From contig MU058658.1 in assembly GCA_013265495.1 (NCBI GenBank), positions 124,001 to 188,000 on the forward strand: a stretch of DNA of 64,000 bases. Direction: 5' to 3'. Below are positions 24,076 through 53,105 of the stretch, one piece after another; the stretch's first letter is position 1, and each line of letters opens with the position of its first letter. Under the pieces are notes generated by a model. The model worked only from the letters and a program-made list of their open reading frames with translations, had not been told where the DNA came from and searched no databases. The stretch is from Vicugna vicugna (lineage: Eukaryota). The position numbers were made by a program, and so were the translations under genes.

Positions 24076-24162
24076 GAGGAACCTAAGTTTTATTGGGTTG
24101 TGCTAAACTCCTCTCTGGAGGAATAGGTTATCCTTGAAACTTAGATTTGAGAAGAGGTGCCT

Positions 24163-24335
24163 GGATTACCCTCAATTGAAAGACACTGGGAAGATTTCGC
24201 TCAGTTCAGACACTGAGTGGTTTATCCTCAGTTGAAAGATTGGGATGATTTTTGCTCAGTTTGGACGTTGAGTGGGTTATCCTCAGTTGAAAGACTGGGA
24301 AGACGTTACTTAGCTGAAAGACACTGAGTAGGTTT
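24163..24335 (+). repeat. Tandem repeat of about 55 bp x3 in ERV leader
   Basis: Repeated TTATCCTCAGTTGAAAGA..TGGGAAGA...GCTCAGTT..GACACTGAGT. Confidence 0.8.
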
Positions 24336-26413
24336 GGACTAGGTAATTAGGTGGAAGACCGGCCTGTTGTTTTTCCTAGAATTGGCTGCTTTTAATAGAG
24401 TTTGTCAGAATAAAAGTGAAGATATATTATGAGAGCTTTCAGCTCAGTAAAAGCGACATTTCTCCTGGCCAACAAGTTTGCTTCCTCAGGCAACTGAGAA
24501 ACTTGCGGGAGTGGTGCAGGCAACTCCTCACACTATGCAGCCGTTCCTATAGGGAAACCCATTCACTCTAATTAAAAACTTGCTCTTCCATGGCCACTCA
24601 GTAATCTGAGCACCCAGTGGTGGTCTTGGGCTACCAAAGGGAGAAACAGAGACACATAAGAGGGCTGAAAGAACTCTAGGGAAAAACCTAGAGGAGTTAA
24701 GCTCACAAATGGCACATTGGACCACTGCGGGATCATCGCTAAATATTTCATCTCCACGAGCCAATCTTGGAATGGGGAACAAAGCTTTCAAAACAAAAGG
24801 AAAAGAAATGAAGATTGCCAGCCTCCAAATAACACCCCAGCCAAGTTTCTATACAAACAAGACTTACTCTTAGAGGGACTTACTTAATTGGAAATTAAAG
24901 GAAATCTTGCCCTGAGAATGACTAAGACGGGGCTCTTTGATTACCTCTGCAGTTTAGTTAGAAAAAAGACGGCTTGATAAAACTTCTTTTCAGAGTTCTA
25001 ACCTTAAAGGAACAAAAGCCCTTCTAGGGGAGCTCGCAGGTCTCTCCCAGTGTCTTTGAGATGTAAATGTTCTACTTGATCGCCTTAGGGGTGTATGCGT
25101 GTTTTGAGAGCTCCAACTCTGCCATCTGCAAGGCACTTTAGGGTGTACATTTGGCAGCCAATATAACAGGTTGGGGCTCTGAGCAGTCTTTTGTCTGACT
25201 GCGCCAGCTCTCAGAGGCCTTTTTGCCCTCTTAACCTTCATTGCATGTACAATGAAGGCCTTTACTTTCTTGGACTATTTTTGGGAGTAAGCTTCCTGGA
25301 CCTTGTTAAAGTGGCATCCTTCACACTCTTTTGAGGGGATGCCTCCTGGGTCTTCTTGGTTTGAGTCTCTATAAGGATATGTCATTAATGGCCAGATGGC
25401 AGATCCCTTAAATTGGAGAAGCTCCTAAACTGGTAAATTTTAGAGAATTCTCATTATAAACAGTTGTATTATTGGTACCTATGGGGGGAAGAAAAACAAA
25501 TTAGAAGATAAAAAAGTATATATATATGTATACATATAATGGTTAACCTAAGAATTCCCTTAATTTAAAACAAAAAACCTGGTTTGAGAAGCCTTATTTG
25601 TGGTCTCCGCTTCCCTTCAATGGGTCTAATAGAAGCTAATAAAAACATTAGGATAATTAATTGTGATTAGGTTGATTAACATGGAAATAAGAAGAAAAAA
25701 AAAAACTGAAGGAACAAGACAGAACCCCCAACAAGATAGAATTTTTAAAGGGACTCATCCCAAATGGATAAAGAAATATTTAAATGGTTGTTAAGAAATG
25801 GGATAAATAAAATGGACATTAATGGAATTAAAACAAAAGGTTTTGATACAACACTACCAAAAGTTGAATGGGCCAAAGGGACCCCCTATTGATCCCCAAC
25901 ATTAAGGAACCCCAAATAAATGTGCTATATTTACCCCAGTTTAATATATATATATTATGTATATGTGTATATATATAATATATGAACTCTACAGTTCTAG
26001 AACATAGAACTCAAATTTCAGTTTACTTGGAAATCTTTTCACTGATATTAAAAAGCAAATTAAAATATAGTTGAGCAAATCAATCTTTTAATATCATTTA
26101 GGTGACAGATCAGTTCTTGGGAGAATTAAAAGCAACTGTCTATGTCTTGAAAATCTCTCCAAATAGAAATGTTAATATAGCCCACGGTGACCTGAGAATG
26201 AGCCTGGTTAGCTCAATGAGGTAAAACCTGAAACCAAGGGGAAAGAAAGAGGGGGAAAAGGGCTTTTTAAATTCAAACTGCTGGGAAGGCTCCCTCACCC
26301 AAAATCTAATTCGTAGTCTCCTTAAAGGTTTATCAAGGACAAATGCAAGTCTTAAAAGGCTTTCCATTAATAATAAAGCCTCAGTCATCCGAGCAAGAAA
26401 ATTTAACTTATTC

Positions 26414-27058
26414 TGAGACAGGAAGGGGGCAGGGCGTAGCCATTCACAGCCAAGGAATGATACAGCAGTTAACATCAAAATGGTGGAAGATCAACCCCCA
26501 GTAGGGCTTGAGGCTCAAGATGGTAGGAGATTTGAGTTCTAGGAGACCTTGACCTTCATTATATGCCCATTGTAATATATTAACATAGTAAATAACATGC
26601 CCACAGGCGCCATGACAGTCCCAAAGCTAACCACAAAAGGTCAAAGAGTGGGAAATGGCCGACTTCCTCGGAATCCCAGCCCCTTCCCCAGGCTAGTTAG
26701 ACTGGTCCTTCCACTTATTAGCATATGAAGCCACCAAGCCCATAAAAACTGGCAACAGGGTGCCTTGTGGCTGCCGCCCTCTCTGTCTCTCCCGCTTCGG
26801 AGGTGGCCCGCACTCTGTCTATGGAGTGTGTACCTACTTTTACTCTAATCTGAGCACCCAACCCCTTCACCTCATGGCCTTTCTCTTGCCTTTTGATGTA
26901 TCTCTCTAAATAAATCTACCTTTACTCAACTGTGGCTCGCTGTTGAATTCTTTCCTGTGCAAAGCCAAGGACCCACACTTGGCAGGGCATGTCCCAGAGG
27001 CTCAACTGAAGCCTGGGACACCGCCCTTCTCACGCCCCACATCCATTTTCCTGCATGA
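26414..27058 (+). mobile_element. Solo LTR with 4-bp target-site duplication
   Basis: ATTC at 26410-26413 and 27059-27062; TG start; CATAAAAA near 26741; AATAAA near 26909. Confidence 0.75.
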
Positions 27059-27582
27059 ATTCCAACTGTTATTTATAAACTAGTAAGTTTACATTGTAAT
27101 ACCTGATTCATAACCAAGTATTAAAGTGAAGCTATGAGAGCTCTAGTTTTGGCTGTTATATGTCTGTTTACACATTATACATGTTATCATATTATCAAAA
27201 TTAAATTTACGAAAATTATCAATTTAATTGACTTAAAAGTAACCACTCAAATTAAATATTTCTAAATATTTTTTAATGGCTAGAATGAATTTCAGGTTTA
27301 TGTGAGCTAGGAAATATTCAATATTAAATTAACATCTGGTATGAAAGCTAGCTTAAGCTTATTGGTTTAATCAATACAGGTATCTATTACTTTTATTGTA
27401 CCTTGGTCAACTATAAAGGTACAATTTCTATTGCAGAGTTTGTCAGCAAGAAAAATTTAACTTGGTACTGTGATATTGTCATAACTTATAAAATTAAGCT
27501 AAATGAGATAAGACTTTTCAGGTGAACTTTTTAGGAATAATTATGGTTTGGGTATGTCTATCTAAAATAGTTTCTCCATTTT

Positions 27583-28480
27583 GTTCAACATAGTTTTGGA
27601 AGTCCTAGCCACAGCAATCATAGAAGAAAAGAAATATAAGGAATCCATACTGGAAAAGAAGAAGTAAAACTGTCACTGATGGCAGATGACATGATATGAT
27701 ACATAGAGAATCATAACAATGCTACCAGAAAACTACTAGAGCTCATCAATGAATTCAGCAAAGTTGCAGGATACAAAATTAATATATAGAGATAAGCTGC
27801 GTTTCTATACACTACCAATGAAATATCAGGAGAAACTAAGGAAACAATACCATTTATCATTGCATCAAAAAGAATAAAATACATAGGAATAAACCTACGT
27901 AAGGAGGCAAGGGATTTGTACCTCAAGAACTATAAGACACTGATGGAAGAAATTGAAGATGACACAAACAGGTGGAAAGATATACCATGTTCTTGGATTG
28001 GGAGAATCAATATTGCTAAAATGGCCATACTGCTCAAGGCAATATACAAATTCAATGCAATCTCTATCAAATTACCAATGACATTTCCACAGAACTGGAA
28101 CAAAAAAATGTTAAAATTTGTATGGAAACACAAAAGACCCTGCATAGCAAAAACAGTCTTGAGAAAGAAGAACGGAGCTGGGGAAATCACATGCCCTGAC
28201 TTCAACCTATTCTCCAAAGCTACAGTAATTAAAACAGTATGGTACTGACACAAAAACAGACACATAGATCAATGGAACAGGATAGAAAGTCCAGAAATAA
28301 ACCTATACACTTAAGACCAATTAATCTATAACAAAGGAGGAAAGAATATACAATGGAGAAAAGACAGTCTCTTCAATAAGTGGTGCTGGGAAAACTGGAC
28401 GGCTATATGTAAAAGATTGAAATTAGAACATTCTCTGGCACCATATGCAAAAATAAAATCAAAATAGATTAAAGACCTAA
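27583..28480 (+). mobile_element. LINE-1 ORF2 (RT region) fragment, degenerate
   Basis: [53 protein letters not shown] motif region near 27680. Confidence 0.93.
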
Positions 28481-28909
28481 ACAACTAGTTATCCTAATTT
28501 TAATTCTTTCTTGTTTTCAAATGTGTTTATGTCTTTTACTTCTTTCTGCTGTACTATAGCTTTATTAATATTATTAGTTGTATTACTTATATCTTGTCTA
28601 TTTTATGAGATTATTGTCTCTTTATCACCCAATGTGTAAGCAGGCCTCCAACAAAATTAATGATAGCTAAACATCTTGGGGCAGTTTATAATATATTACA
28701 TACAGTAATTGTAACAGTACAACTCTAGATATAGGAAGAAGCAATAGGGGAAACATTTCCTAAATCATAATAGACTAGCTGAGACAGGTGATTCAGAGAA
28801 TTTTAGATTATCAGCAGAGCCTAATCCAAAAAAAAAAAAAAGCAATCAGCACATTGAGTGGCCTACCAATAGAATCCTTGCATGATCTAGAAATAAGCCT
28901 CCCTAGCAC

Positions 28910-30265
28910 TATGGGAGAAACTGCACATCCACATGCAAAGAAATGAATCTAGAAATAGACCTTACATCATTCAGAAAAATAAATGCAAAATAGATCATAG
29001 ACCTAAATGTAAAATGCAGAGCTATAAAACTTATGGAAGACAATGTGGGAGAAAACCTGGAGGACCTTGGGTATGGTGATGGATTTTCAGGTACAACACC
29101 AAAGTCATGACCCATGAACAAAATAATTAGTAACATGGACTTTATTAAAATGAAAGACTTCTTCTCTGTGAAAGAAAATGTCAAGAGAATTAGAAGATAA
29201 GCCTCAGACTGGGAGAAAATATTTTCAAAGGCATTTGAAAAAGTATTTGATAATTGATGGGCAAAAGACTGGACACCTCATCAAAGAAGATACACAGATG
29301 GCAAGTAAGCATATTAAAGTGTGTTCAGCATATTTCATTAGGAAATTGCAAATTAAAACAACAGTGTGATAGCTCTACACCTATTAGACTGACTAAAATC
29401 CAAAACACTGACAACACCAAATGCTAGTGAGGATGAGGAGCAACAGGAACCCTCTCATTCATGGTTAGTGGGAATGCAAAATGGTTCAACCACTTTGAAG
29501 GACAACTTGGTAGTTTCTCACAGCAATAGACATATCTTACCATACAAGCTAGCAATTACACTCTTCAGCATTTACCCAAATGAACTGAAAACTTATCTCC
29601 ACACAGAAACCTGTATGTGGATTTTTTTAATAGAAGATTTCTTCATAATTGCCAAATTTCTGAAACTTGGAAGCAACTAAAATGTCCTTTGGTTTCTTTT
29701 TACATTCAGTAGGTGAATGGATAAATAAATGGTGGTGGGTCCAGACAATGTACCCAAAAGAAATCAAGCTGTAAAAAGACAGACAGGAAACTTAAATGCA
29801 TATCACTATTGAAAGGAGCCAATCTGAAAAAGCTGTATACTATATGATTACAACTAAATGATATTCTGGAATAGGCAAAACTGTGGTGATAATAAAAAAT
29901 ATCAGAGGTTTCCAGGGTTTGGAGGGAGGCAGGAATGAACAAGTAGAGCACAGAGGATTTGTAGAAACCATTCGTATGATACTATAATGGTGGATTGTGA
30001 TAGTAAACATTTGTTAAAATCCATGTAATATACAACACCAAGAGTAAATTCTAATGTAAACTATGGATCTTGGGCAATAATGATATGTCATTGTAGGTTC
30101 ATCAGATATAACAAATGTATCACTGTTTTGTGGATCTGACAGTGGGAGAGGTTGTGCATGTATGGGAACAGGGGGTATATGAGAACCCTCTTTATCTTCT
30201 ATTCTGTTTTTCTGTGAATATACAATTGTGCTAAAATACACAGTTTGTAAATTAAAAAAAAAAAG
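28910..30265 (+). mobile_element. Old LINE-1 (L1M-type) 3' fragment
   Basis: Degenerate ORF2 C-terminus and 3'UTR, ending in poly-A near 30255. Confidence 0.8.
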
Positions 30266-30879
30266 AGGAATTGAAGGCCTATAGAAAAGGAGCATGGCAG
30301 ATTATAGAACCCAAAAGATGTATGCTGTTCACTTAAATGAACGATAATTGTGACGCTCTTTGCTTACCTAAACAATCTGCAGAGTCATTTTTTTGCATTG
30401 GCTATGTCCAAGGTGAAATATCATGATTAATGCACTTGTGGCAAACACACACTTTTTTGTGTGAATGATTTCAAAATTACAGGAAAATGTCAGGAATAGC
30501 ACAGAGATACTCTGTACACCCTTAACACAGATTTATCAACTTGCAGTTTGTCACATTTGCTTTGTCATTCTCATTCTCTCTCTCACTCCTGTTATCCATC
30601 AAGTTATATTTTTCTGAACCATTTGAGAACTTCACAGTTCATATCTCTTTCTTCCTAAATATTTGTTTGTATTTCATGAGAGCAAAGACATTATCTTACC
30701 CAACCAGAGGGCAGTTTCCAACATCAGAGAATTTAACATTAGACCAATAGATACACATGGCTTATATTACACTCATCATATATAATCCATCATGTGTAAT
30801 ATAGTTCATAATGTAATATGACCCATCATAACAGTGGATAAATACCAGATTCGACCTGGTTAGGCAGACCGCTTATCTT

Positions 30880-31355
30880 TTTTACTGTCTTCATTTGGAG
30901 GTTAATTATGGTTTTAGGTGATGTGTGTGGGTGCCAAGATGACAAGGGGCAGAATGTGATGGCTTGTTTTATGTGTAAACTCAACTAGGCTATACTATCC
31001 AATTATTGGATCAAACACTAATCTAGGTGTTGCTATGAAAGTATTCTGTAGATTTGCTTTATATCTGCAATCAGTTGACTTTAAGCAAATGATTTTACTT
31101 TAATAAAGTGGGTGGGTCTTATCCAATCAGTCAAAAGGCCTTAAGAGGAAAAATAAGTTGTAGCATTAGCTCTGGCGAGAGTTTCCAGCCTGCCTCTACC
31201 CTGTAGATTCCAGTATTGAACTTGCCAGGCCCCACAGTCGCATAAGCCAATTCCTTGAAATAAATCTCTCATATATATATATATATTACACATAATATAT
31301 ATACATGTACATTTTAAGATAAATATTTCTAAAATATGTACATTCTATTGGTTTT
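30880..31355 (+). mobile_element. ERVL internal 3' end plus MLT2-type LTR
   Basis: gggtgccaagatgacaagggg PPT followed by TGTGATGG..TTTTATGTGT.AACT LTR start; ataagccaattccttgaaataaatctct; ctattggtt end. Confidence 0.75.
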
Positions 31356-32980
31356 CTGCATTTTATTCTCCTAGCTCAAAAATTATGGGAAGAAAATCAC
31401 CAATGATGACTTTTTAAATTGCTTAATATACCTCTAGGTGGACATTAGAAGCCCTAACATGAGTTTGTTTCCTGTCATCAACCACTTAATGAAGTCAGGC
31501 TGGTCCAGGGCTCATGCTTTGTTCACTTTCTTCTCCAGTCTACACTCGTTCCTTTGACACTCTCACTCGTCATGACTTGAAATAACAGTGTAAGCTAATA
31601 ACTCAATTATACGTCCAGGCTCAAACTCTTTCCCAATGTTCAGTCATAGGTTGAAATGCCTAAGTGACACTTTGTGGTCTCATAAACACTTCAAATTGAC
31701 CCTGCTCAATACTGGAATCCAGAATTTCCCTCCAACTCTCCACATGTGGCTTCCCCATCCCAGGAGATGGCAAATCCATTCTTTGGGTGATCTAGGCCAA
31801 CTACATACGAAGGAGGCTCTGGGTGGAAGAAAGCCCAGGAGAATGTGGCAGGTGAGTGTGCAGCATATCAAGATGGGACTTCCCAGTGTCCTAGTCAGGA
31901 GGATTTTGAAGCTACTTTTAAAATCTGTTCCCCCAGGATGTTATGAAACTGAACCTGGGTTCACCTGCCCAAATTGCAGCAAAACCAATCTACTGACACT
32001 GGGTTCTGGTGAAGGAAAGTACAGCCTTTACTGCAGGATGCCAAGCAAGGAGAATAGGCAGCTGTTACTCAAAAGACCTGAACCCTCAATGGCTTCAGGC
32101 AAGTGTTTTTAAACAAAGTTAGAAGAGAGGGTCCTAGGACGCATGGTCAGCTCATGGACAATTTTCTCATTGGTTGGTGGTGAGGTAGCAGGGTGATGTT
32201 TCAGTAATGTCACTATAAATCCTGATTCCAACCAGTCTAAGGTCTATGTGTTTGAGGTCAGCAGTTTCCATCTGGTGGAAGTCTGGTTTTTGTAAAAAAT
32301 AACTTAAGAATGTACATCAGACATTGTTAACTGTTTTCCTGGAGGAGAACTAGCGTCTTAAGATCCCATCCCACAGTTTGACTTACTGCTTAAATTATCT
32401 CCTTGCTTGCTTGACTGCCTCTTAAGTGTTCCCATTTCTACTCCTTAAATGATTAACATTTGAGCCCACTTTTTGGAACTCAGGGAGGCCTAGGTGACTA
32501 AAGCTTTTTCTACAAACAAGAAGCAGAGGACACAGATGGCCTTCTGCAAGATTTCAAGAAGAGGATCTGAGAAGGAGGGAAGGGAGAAGTCATTATGTGA
32601 GCCCTGAGCCCAGGTCCCAGTCTTGCCCCTTTGCACCTGCCCAGACCCTGGGCCAATGTTCCTGCATCGCAAGCCTCACTTTCCCCAGGGCACAGCGTGG
32701 ACACTCTTGGGCCTCCCCTGTTGAGCCCATTGTAACGAGGCAGGTCTGGGCATCTTGGGGCTTTTACCCAAAGGAAGACCACCAGATTAAGGCGCTCCTC
32801 AGCCTTGGGTCCAGGGGAGACTACATTACCCAGAGGTCATGCCTCCTGCGTCTGAGGCTGGCGCTGGCCAATGACGGTCTCGCGTAGGGGCGTTTCCTGC
32901 GGGCGCACGTACGTGGGCGGGACTTCCGGTTTGGTCACAGCGGACGCCATTTGCCTCTGTGGTTCGCTGCGTGTCTTGAG

Positions 32981-33008
32981 GGGCTGAGGGCTGAGGGCTG
33001 AGGGCTGA
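32981..33008 (+). repeat. (GGGCTGA)x4 tandem repeat
   Basis: Directly visible in the ZNF264 5' region. Confidence 0.95.
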
Positions 33009-33333
33009 GGGGTGGGCCCGCGCCGCTACTCAGGCCTTTCGCGGGGGCGGAGCAGGGCAGGAGTATGGGGCTGCCGCTCGTACCTTTGAACTGGCCGTGA
33101 CTTCCTCAGCGGGCGTGTGGCCTGGTCGCCCGCCGGGCCGCGGCCTCTCCGGGCCCTCAGCACCCGCCCTTCACCCCCGCAGTTCCCAAGGGCGGCGCCC
33201 GGGACCGGCGCGCCTTTTTCCCGGCGGGCGGCAGTCGGCCGAGGTCGCCCAGCCAAGCCAGGGCAGAGAGGAGGGTCAGCAGGCCGCCCGGGTGCTCGCC
33301 TCGCCCGGCCTGGCGGACCCACAGGGACCCATC

Positions 33334-48201
<14,868 letters not shown>

Positions 48202-48679
48202 GGAGACCTGTCACACAACGTCAGTAGTCACGTTAAGATGCGTTTTTAGAAATTAATGCAGCCTAGAGCCTTATTCTGCACGTGGGATTCCATCCACACG
48301 GGAGAGACCGGTGTTTCTTGGGCACAAGGAAAACTCAAGCTACACTTTTCTCCTCAGCTTACACTGCAGTGTTATCTCAGGAATTTTTATAAAAAGGAGG
48401 TGGAGATTTGGAGAAAATGAAATGCAGACACAGTTCCTTTGAGACTTCTCTGTCAAGCTGGCGGCACTTTGTCAGGGAGTCCTTGGTTTACTTGGGTAAG
48501 GGGAATGTTTCTGAGGCCGAGGACCTTGACCCTTTCCGTGTCTTGTATATACATTCACTGCTGTCCGGTGTCAGGAGAGTTAGACAGGTAAGGGCAGGTA
48601 TTTAAGTAGATAAGGACACATGTACGAATGGGCACATTTTATTGCACCAGTTAAGACTGTTTAAGACTTGTTTTTAAAA

Positions 48680-51600
48680 AACAAACTGTTCTTTTGGTGA
48701 CTTCAAACACCAGACGTTCAGATTTTTATTGACCCACGCTGTTTACTTGATTGCTGGAGCTGTGTGGTGAGTCTTAAGATCAGGTAAAGTGAATCCTGTT
48801 ATTCCTATTTAAATTGACTTAGCTTTCCTAGTTCCTTTGACTTTTCATATAAATTTTCAGATGCAAAAAGTCTTGCTCACATATTTATAGAAATTTATTT
48901 AAACTTGTAGAGCAGTTTGTCAGAAGCGGCACCATGATACTTCATTTATTTAAGTAAATCTTGGTATTTCATTACCGTTTCATGGTTTTCAGCTGAATAT
49001 AGGTTCTGTACATTTTTTGTTAGGGTTTAGGTTGAGGTTCTGAGGACTTTTAAGTGATGTGCAAATTTTACCGATTTTTTTTTTTAAACTTTATTTCCCC
49101 ATGGTCTTTAGAAGTGTACATAAAGGTAACTTCGGGGGTGGCATGTTGGTGCCATGCACGCTAGGCTGGACTCAATTATTATTTCTAGCCATGTCTTTGG
49201 ATTGAATCCTTGGTACTTTGTGTATGGAAATTACTTCTTCCCTTCTACCTGGATACCTGTTACTTCCATTTCTCACTGCACCACCTAGGACCTCCCGCAG
49301 GATGCTGAGTAGACGAAGTGAGAAGGAGCGTCCTTGACTGCTCCCTGATGCTAGGGGGGGACGGTCAGTGTCTCATCAAGTACAGTGTTAATTGTAAGGT
49401 TTTTTTCCCCGTGGAGTTTTCCTATCAGGTCTAGAAAGTTTCCCTCTGTCCTTGCTTTGCTGAGATTTTTGTTCCCCTGCATGAGTGTTGGATTTTGTCA
49501 GACGCTGTACCCCCACCAGTTGCTGTGATCACCTGCCTTTCCTTCTGTAGCCTGTTGATACGATGTATTACATAGAGTTTTGCATATTGAAATAGCCTTG
49601 CCTCCTTGGAATAAACCTCACTTGCTTGTGGAGTATAAGTTTTTTTAATCTGTATTATATATTAAAGCATTCATTTGATTGTATTTTTTTGAGGAAGTTT
49701 TTTCTAACCTCTTGATTGATGGTGTGTCGGTCTCGTTCATTTGCTTGTTTTTAACTGGTGTCATGGACTGGTTTTGTTGTCAGAGTGAAAGTGACCTCCC
49801 AGGTTGAGCTGGGAAGGATTGTTCTGCCCTACTTTGCAGGAAGGCAGTGTGTGATTGTTTTTAATTACTGTTTTGATGTTTGATAGCCTTCTCCAGTGGA
49901 CCGTTTGGGCCTGGAGATTTTCTGGATACTTTTGATAAGTATGGAACTATTTAGAGTATCTGTTTCATATTGGATAAATTGGATGGGTGTCCTTTTCAAG
50001 GAAATGTTTCATTTCATCTAAATTTTCTAGTTTGTTTGTAGACTTGTTGGAAATATCCCCTTGTTATCTTTTTAATGGCACGGTTTATGCCTGACTTTGG
50101 AAATACATCAATTCTCTTTTTAATCTTTGTCAGTCTTTCTAGACATTTCTCAGTCTTACTGATCATTTTGAAGCATTTTATTACCTTTTCTCTGTTACCT
50201 TTTTGGTTTTAATTTCACGGATTCCTGTGCTGATCTTTATGATATACGATCTTCTGCTTTACTTTGGTTGTATTTCCCTCTTATTTTTTGAGGTGGGTGC
50301 TGAGATTATTGATTTGAAGTTTTTTTTTCTCTTCTAATGTAAGCTTTAAGCATTACAAAGTTCCCTCACAGCACTGTTCCAGTTTTACTTTACAAGTTTT
50401 AATTACAGTTTATTCAGTCCTAAATACCCCTTGATTCCTTTAGACTTCTTGTCACCCGTGGATTATTAAGAAGTATACTGCTTAACTTCCTAGTGTTTGG
50501 AGAATTACCTGGTATCTTTCTGTTACTGATTTCCTGTTTGTTTGGTCTGACTGTTTAAATTTGTCAGAGTTTGTCGTATGACCCAGGATATGGTATATCT
50601 CGTTGAATGTTCTGTGAGGCTTCTGGAAAAGAGCGTGTGTTCTGCTGTCACCGGGTGGAGTTTCTGCAAACGTCCACCCAGTCCTCTTGGTTGTTGGTAT
50701 CACTGAGTTTTTCTGTATCCTTGCAGACTTCCGTCTGTGATTTCTGTCAGTTGTGGGGAGGGTGATGAAGCCTTGAAGTGTCATTGAGAAATTGTCTATT
50801 CCTTACAACTTCTGTAAGTTCCTGCTTCGGGTATTTCGAAGCTCTTTTGTTTGGTGCATATGCGTTGAGGATGGCTATGTCATCTTGGTGTATTGACCCT
50901 TTTATCGTTATATAAGGTCCTTTTTTGTCCCTGTGCACTTTCTTGCCTTTGAAGCGTGCTTTATCTGATGCTAATGTAGTCACTACTGTATTTTTTGATT
51001 AATGTTTGCACAGTTTAAATTTTCAGTAATTGTATTTCCAACCTCATCTATATCATTATATTTGAAGTAAGTTTCTTGTACCAGCATATGGTTGGGTCAC
51101 ACTTTTTTAATCCATTTTGCCACTCTCTCTCTTTTAATTAGTACATTTAGATCACTGAAATTTAAAATAATTATTGACACATTAGAGCTTAAGTGTACCA
51201 TTTTATTAATTGGGTTTTTTGTTTTGGGGGAGGGTAGTGGGTTTTTTCCCCCCCTTAATGGAGGACTGGGGATTGAACCCAGGCCCTCATGTGTGCCGAG
51301 CGTGCACTGAGCTCACCCTCTACCCCCAATTGGTTTTTTTGTGTGTGTTCCCTTTACACTGTTCCTCTTGTTTTCTGGTTCTTTTTGTTATTTGGGTTTT
51401 TTCCCCCACTTCCTGTGGGTTGCTTTAAGGTTTCTTAGAATTCCACTTGCTACATCTGTGATGTTTTTGATTATATGTCCTTTTTTTTACTCTAGGTATT
51501 ATATATACATAATTTATCACAGACTGATACCAGCATTTTAGCGCTTTGATACGTAGAAACCTTCATTTCATTAGGTTCTCTGATATTCCCTGCTGATAAG

Positions 51601-52530
51601 TGTTCCAGGTATTTTCTCATCATACACTGAGCACCATATTATTGGATGTTGTAATTTTTACCTCAGCTGTCCAGGATTTTTCCCAAAATTGTTAAGAAGC
51701 ATAGTCTGTTTACCTCTGCTTTTACCATTTCTGTTGTTCTTTCTCCATTCTTGAAGTCCCAAGTTGTTGTCTTTTTTTTTTTAATTGAACTCTTTTTTAA
51801 CCCAAGTCTTGTAACATTTCCCTTTTATTTGGCAAATTTCATGTAGCCTTTTTTCTAAGGTGTGTCTGCTGTTGACAAACATTTTTTCTTTCCTTCATCT
51901 AAAAATGTCTTTCTGTTCCCTTCATTCCTGAAGGATGTTTTTATGGGACATAAGACTTGGGGTCCATAGTTCTTTTAGGACAAGAGAAAGCATGTCTGTC
52001 TGTTCTGTCCACCATGATTTCAGATGAGGAGCCTGCCCTTCAACCCGTGGTACTCCTGTCTGTAATGCATCCTTCCCATCAAGAGTTTCCAAAGTGTTTT
52101 TCATTGTAATGTTCAGAAGTTTGATTAGGGTGCCCTGGCATGGAATTTTAGGGGTTTATCTTGTCTGCTGTTTGCTCAGCTTTTTGAATCATGTGGTGTA
52201 TACTCTTTGCCAAATTTGGGACATTTTTAGATATTAATTCTTCAAATATTTTTTCAGCCCCACACTTTGTCCTCTCTTTCCGGGACTCCAGTAACATGAA
52301 TAGTAGATCTCATGTTCTTGTTCCACAGTACTCTCAGGCTCCCATCTTTTTGTTCCCCCCAGCCTGTTTTCCTCTGTTGCTCACATTGATTAATTTCCAT
52401 TGACACCTCCTTGAGCTCACTGATTCCTGCCTCTCTCATATCTGCTATTGAGCTCACCCAGTGAGCTTTCATTTTTGTTTTTGAATTTTTCAGTTGTTTG
52501 GTTTTCGTTTGGTTCGATACATCTTCTATA
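48680..52530 (-). mobile_element. Old LINE-1 remnant (ORF1/endonuclease region), antisense
   Basis: Minus ORFs RDKKGPYITIKGSIHQDDIAILNAYAPNKRA (L1 endonuclease) and ISELKEVSMEINQCEQQR...IHVTGVPERE (ORF1). Confidence 0.8.
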
Positions 52531-52970
52531 TTTCTGTCTAGTTTATAATGCCAAAGAAGGACTGAGGAACCAGGCAACCCTGTGTAGTCCATTGTTCTCT
52601 GGTAGTTTATCTTGATGTTGGGATAGAAATCCTAAATTTACCGAAGGAATAGAAGGCCTGGTATCCACAAGTATTTCTGAAAACAGATCTGACAGGTGCA
52701 GGTGACCTGACGATCGCTCAGAGTTGTGTTCTCCTGGGAAGATTTTTGTGTAAAATTCCCTAATCTTCCAAGACTTGTTACAGCCTCAGTAGAGGGAGGG
52801 GGTCACTCCTCTTCCAGGATCATTCTTCCTCTTAGTGGTTTAACACGTTCTCCCCACTCCCCATCTTGTTTAGGACCTCTGTCTTTCTTCTCTACCTCCA
52901 CTTTGTGGTCGTTAATATCTCCCTGTAAGTGTCCTTCTATCATAATCTACGCACTGAGCGCCATATTGGG

Positions 52971-53105
52971 GTTTTTTTTTTTTTTTTGGGGGGGGTTAAT
53001 TAGATTTTTTTTTTTTTATTGTTTTTAATGGAGGTACTGGGATTGAACCCAGGACCTCGTGCCTGCTAAGCACGTGCTCTACTGCTGAGGTATACCCCCA
53101 CCCCC
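52971..53105 (-). mobile_element. tRNA-derived SINE
   Basis: Antisense copy; ATATTGG/ATACTGG flanks. Confidence 0.88.

Larger units (their letters stand above)
22735..27575 (+). mobile_element. Nested ERV (5' LTR about 22735-23070 plus internal sequence)
   Basis: TG start, TATA-like and AATAAA signals in the LTR, repeated leader; interrupted by an L1 and a solo LTR. Family not assigned. Confidence 0.6.

Noticed and set aside
24163..24335. Repeat-spacer-like pattern resembling CRISPR
   Set aside because: Mammalian DNA; the units are contiguous diverged tandem copies in an ERV leader, with no unique spacers or cas genes.
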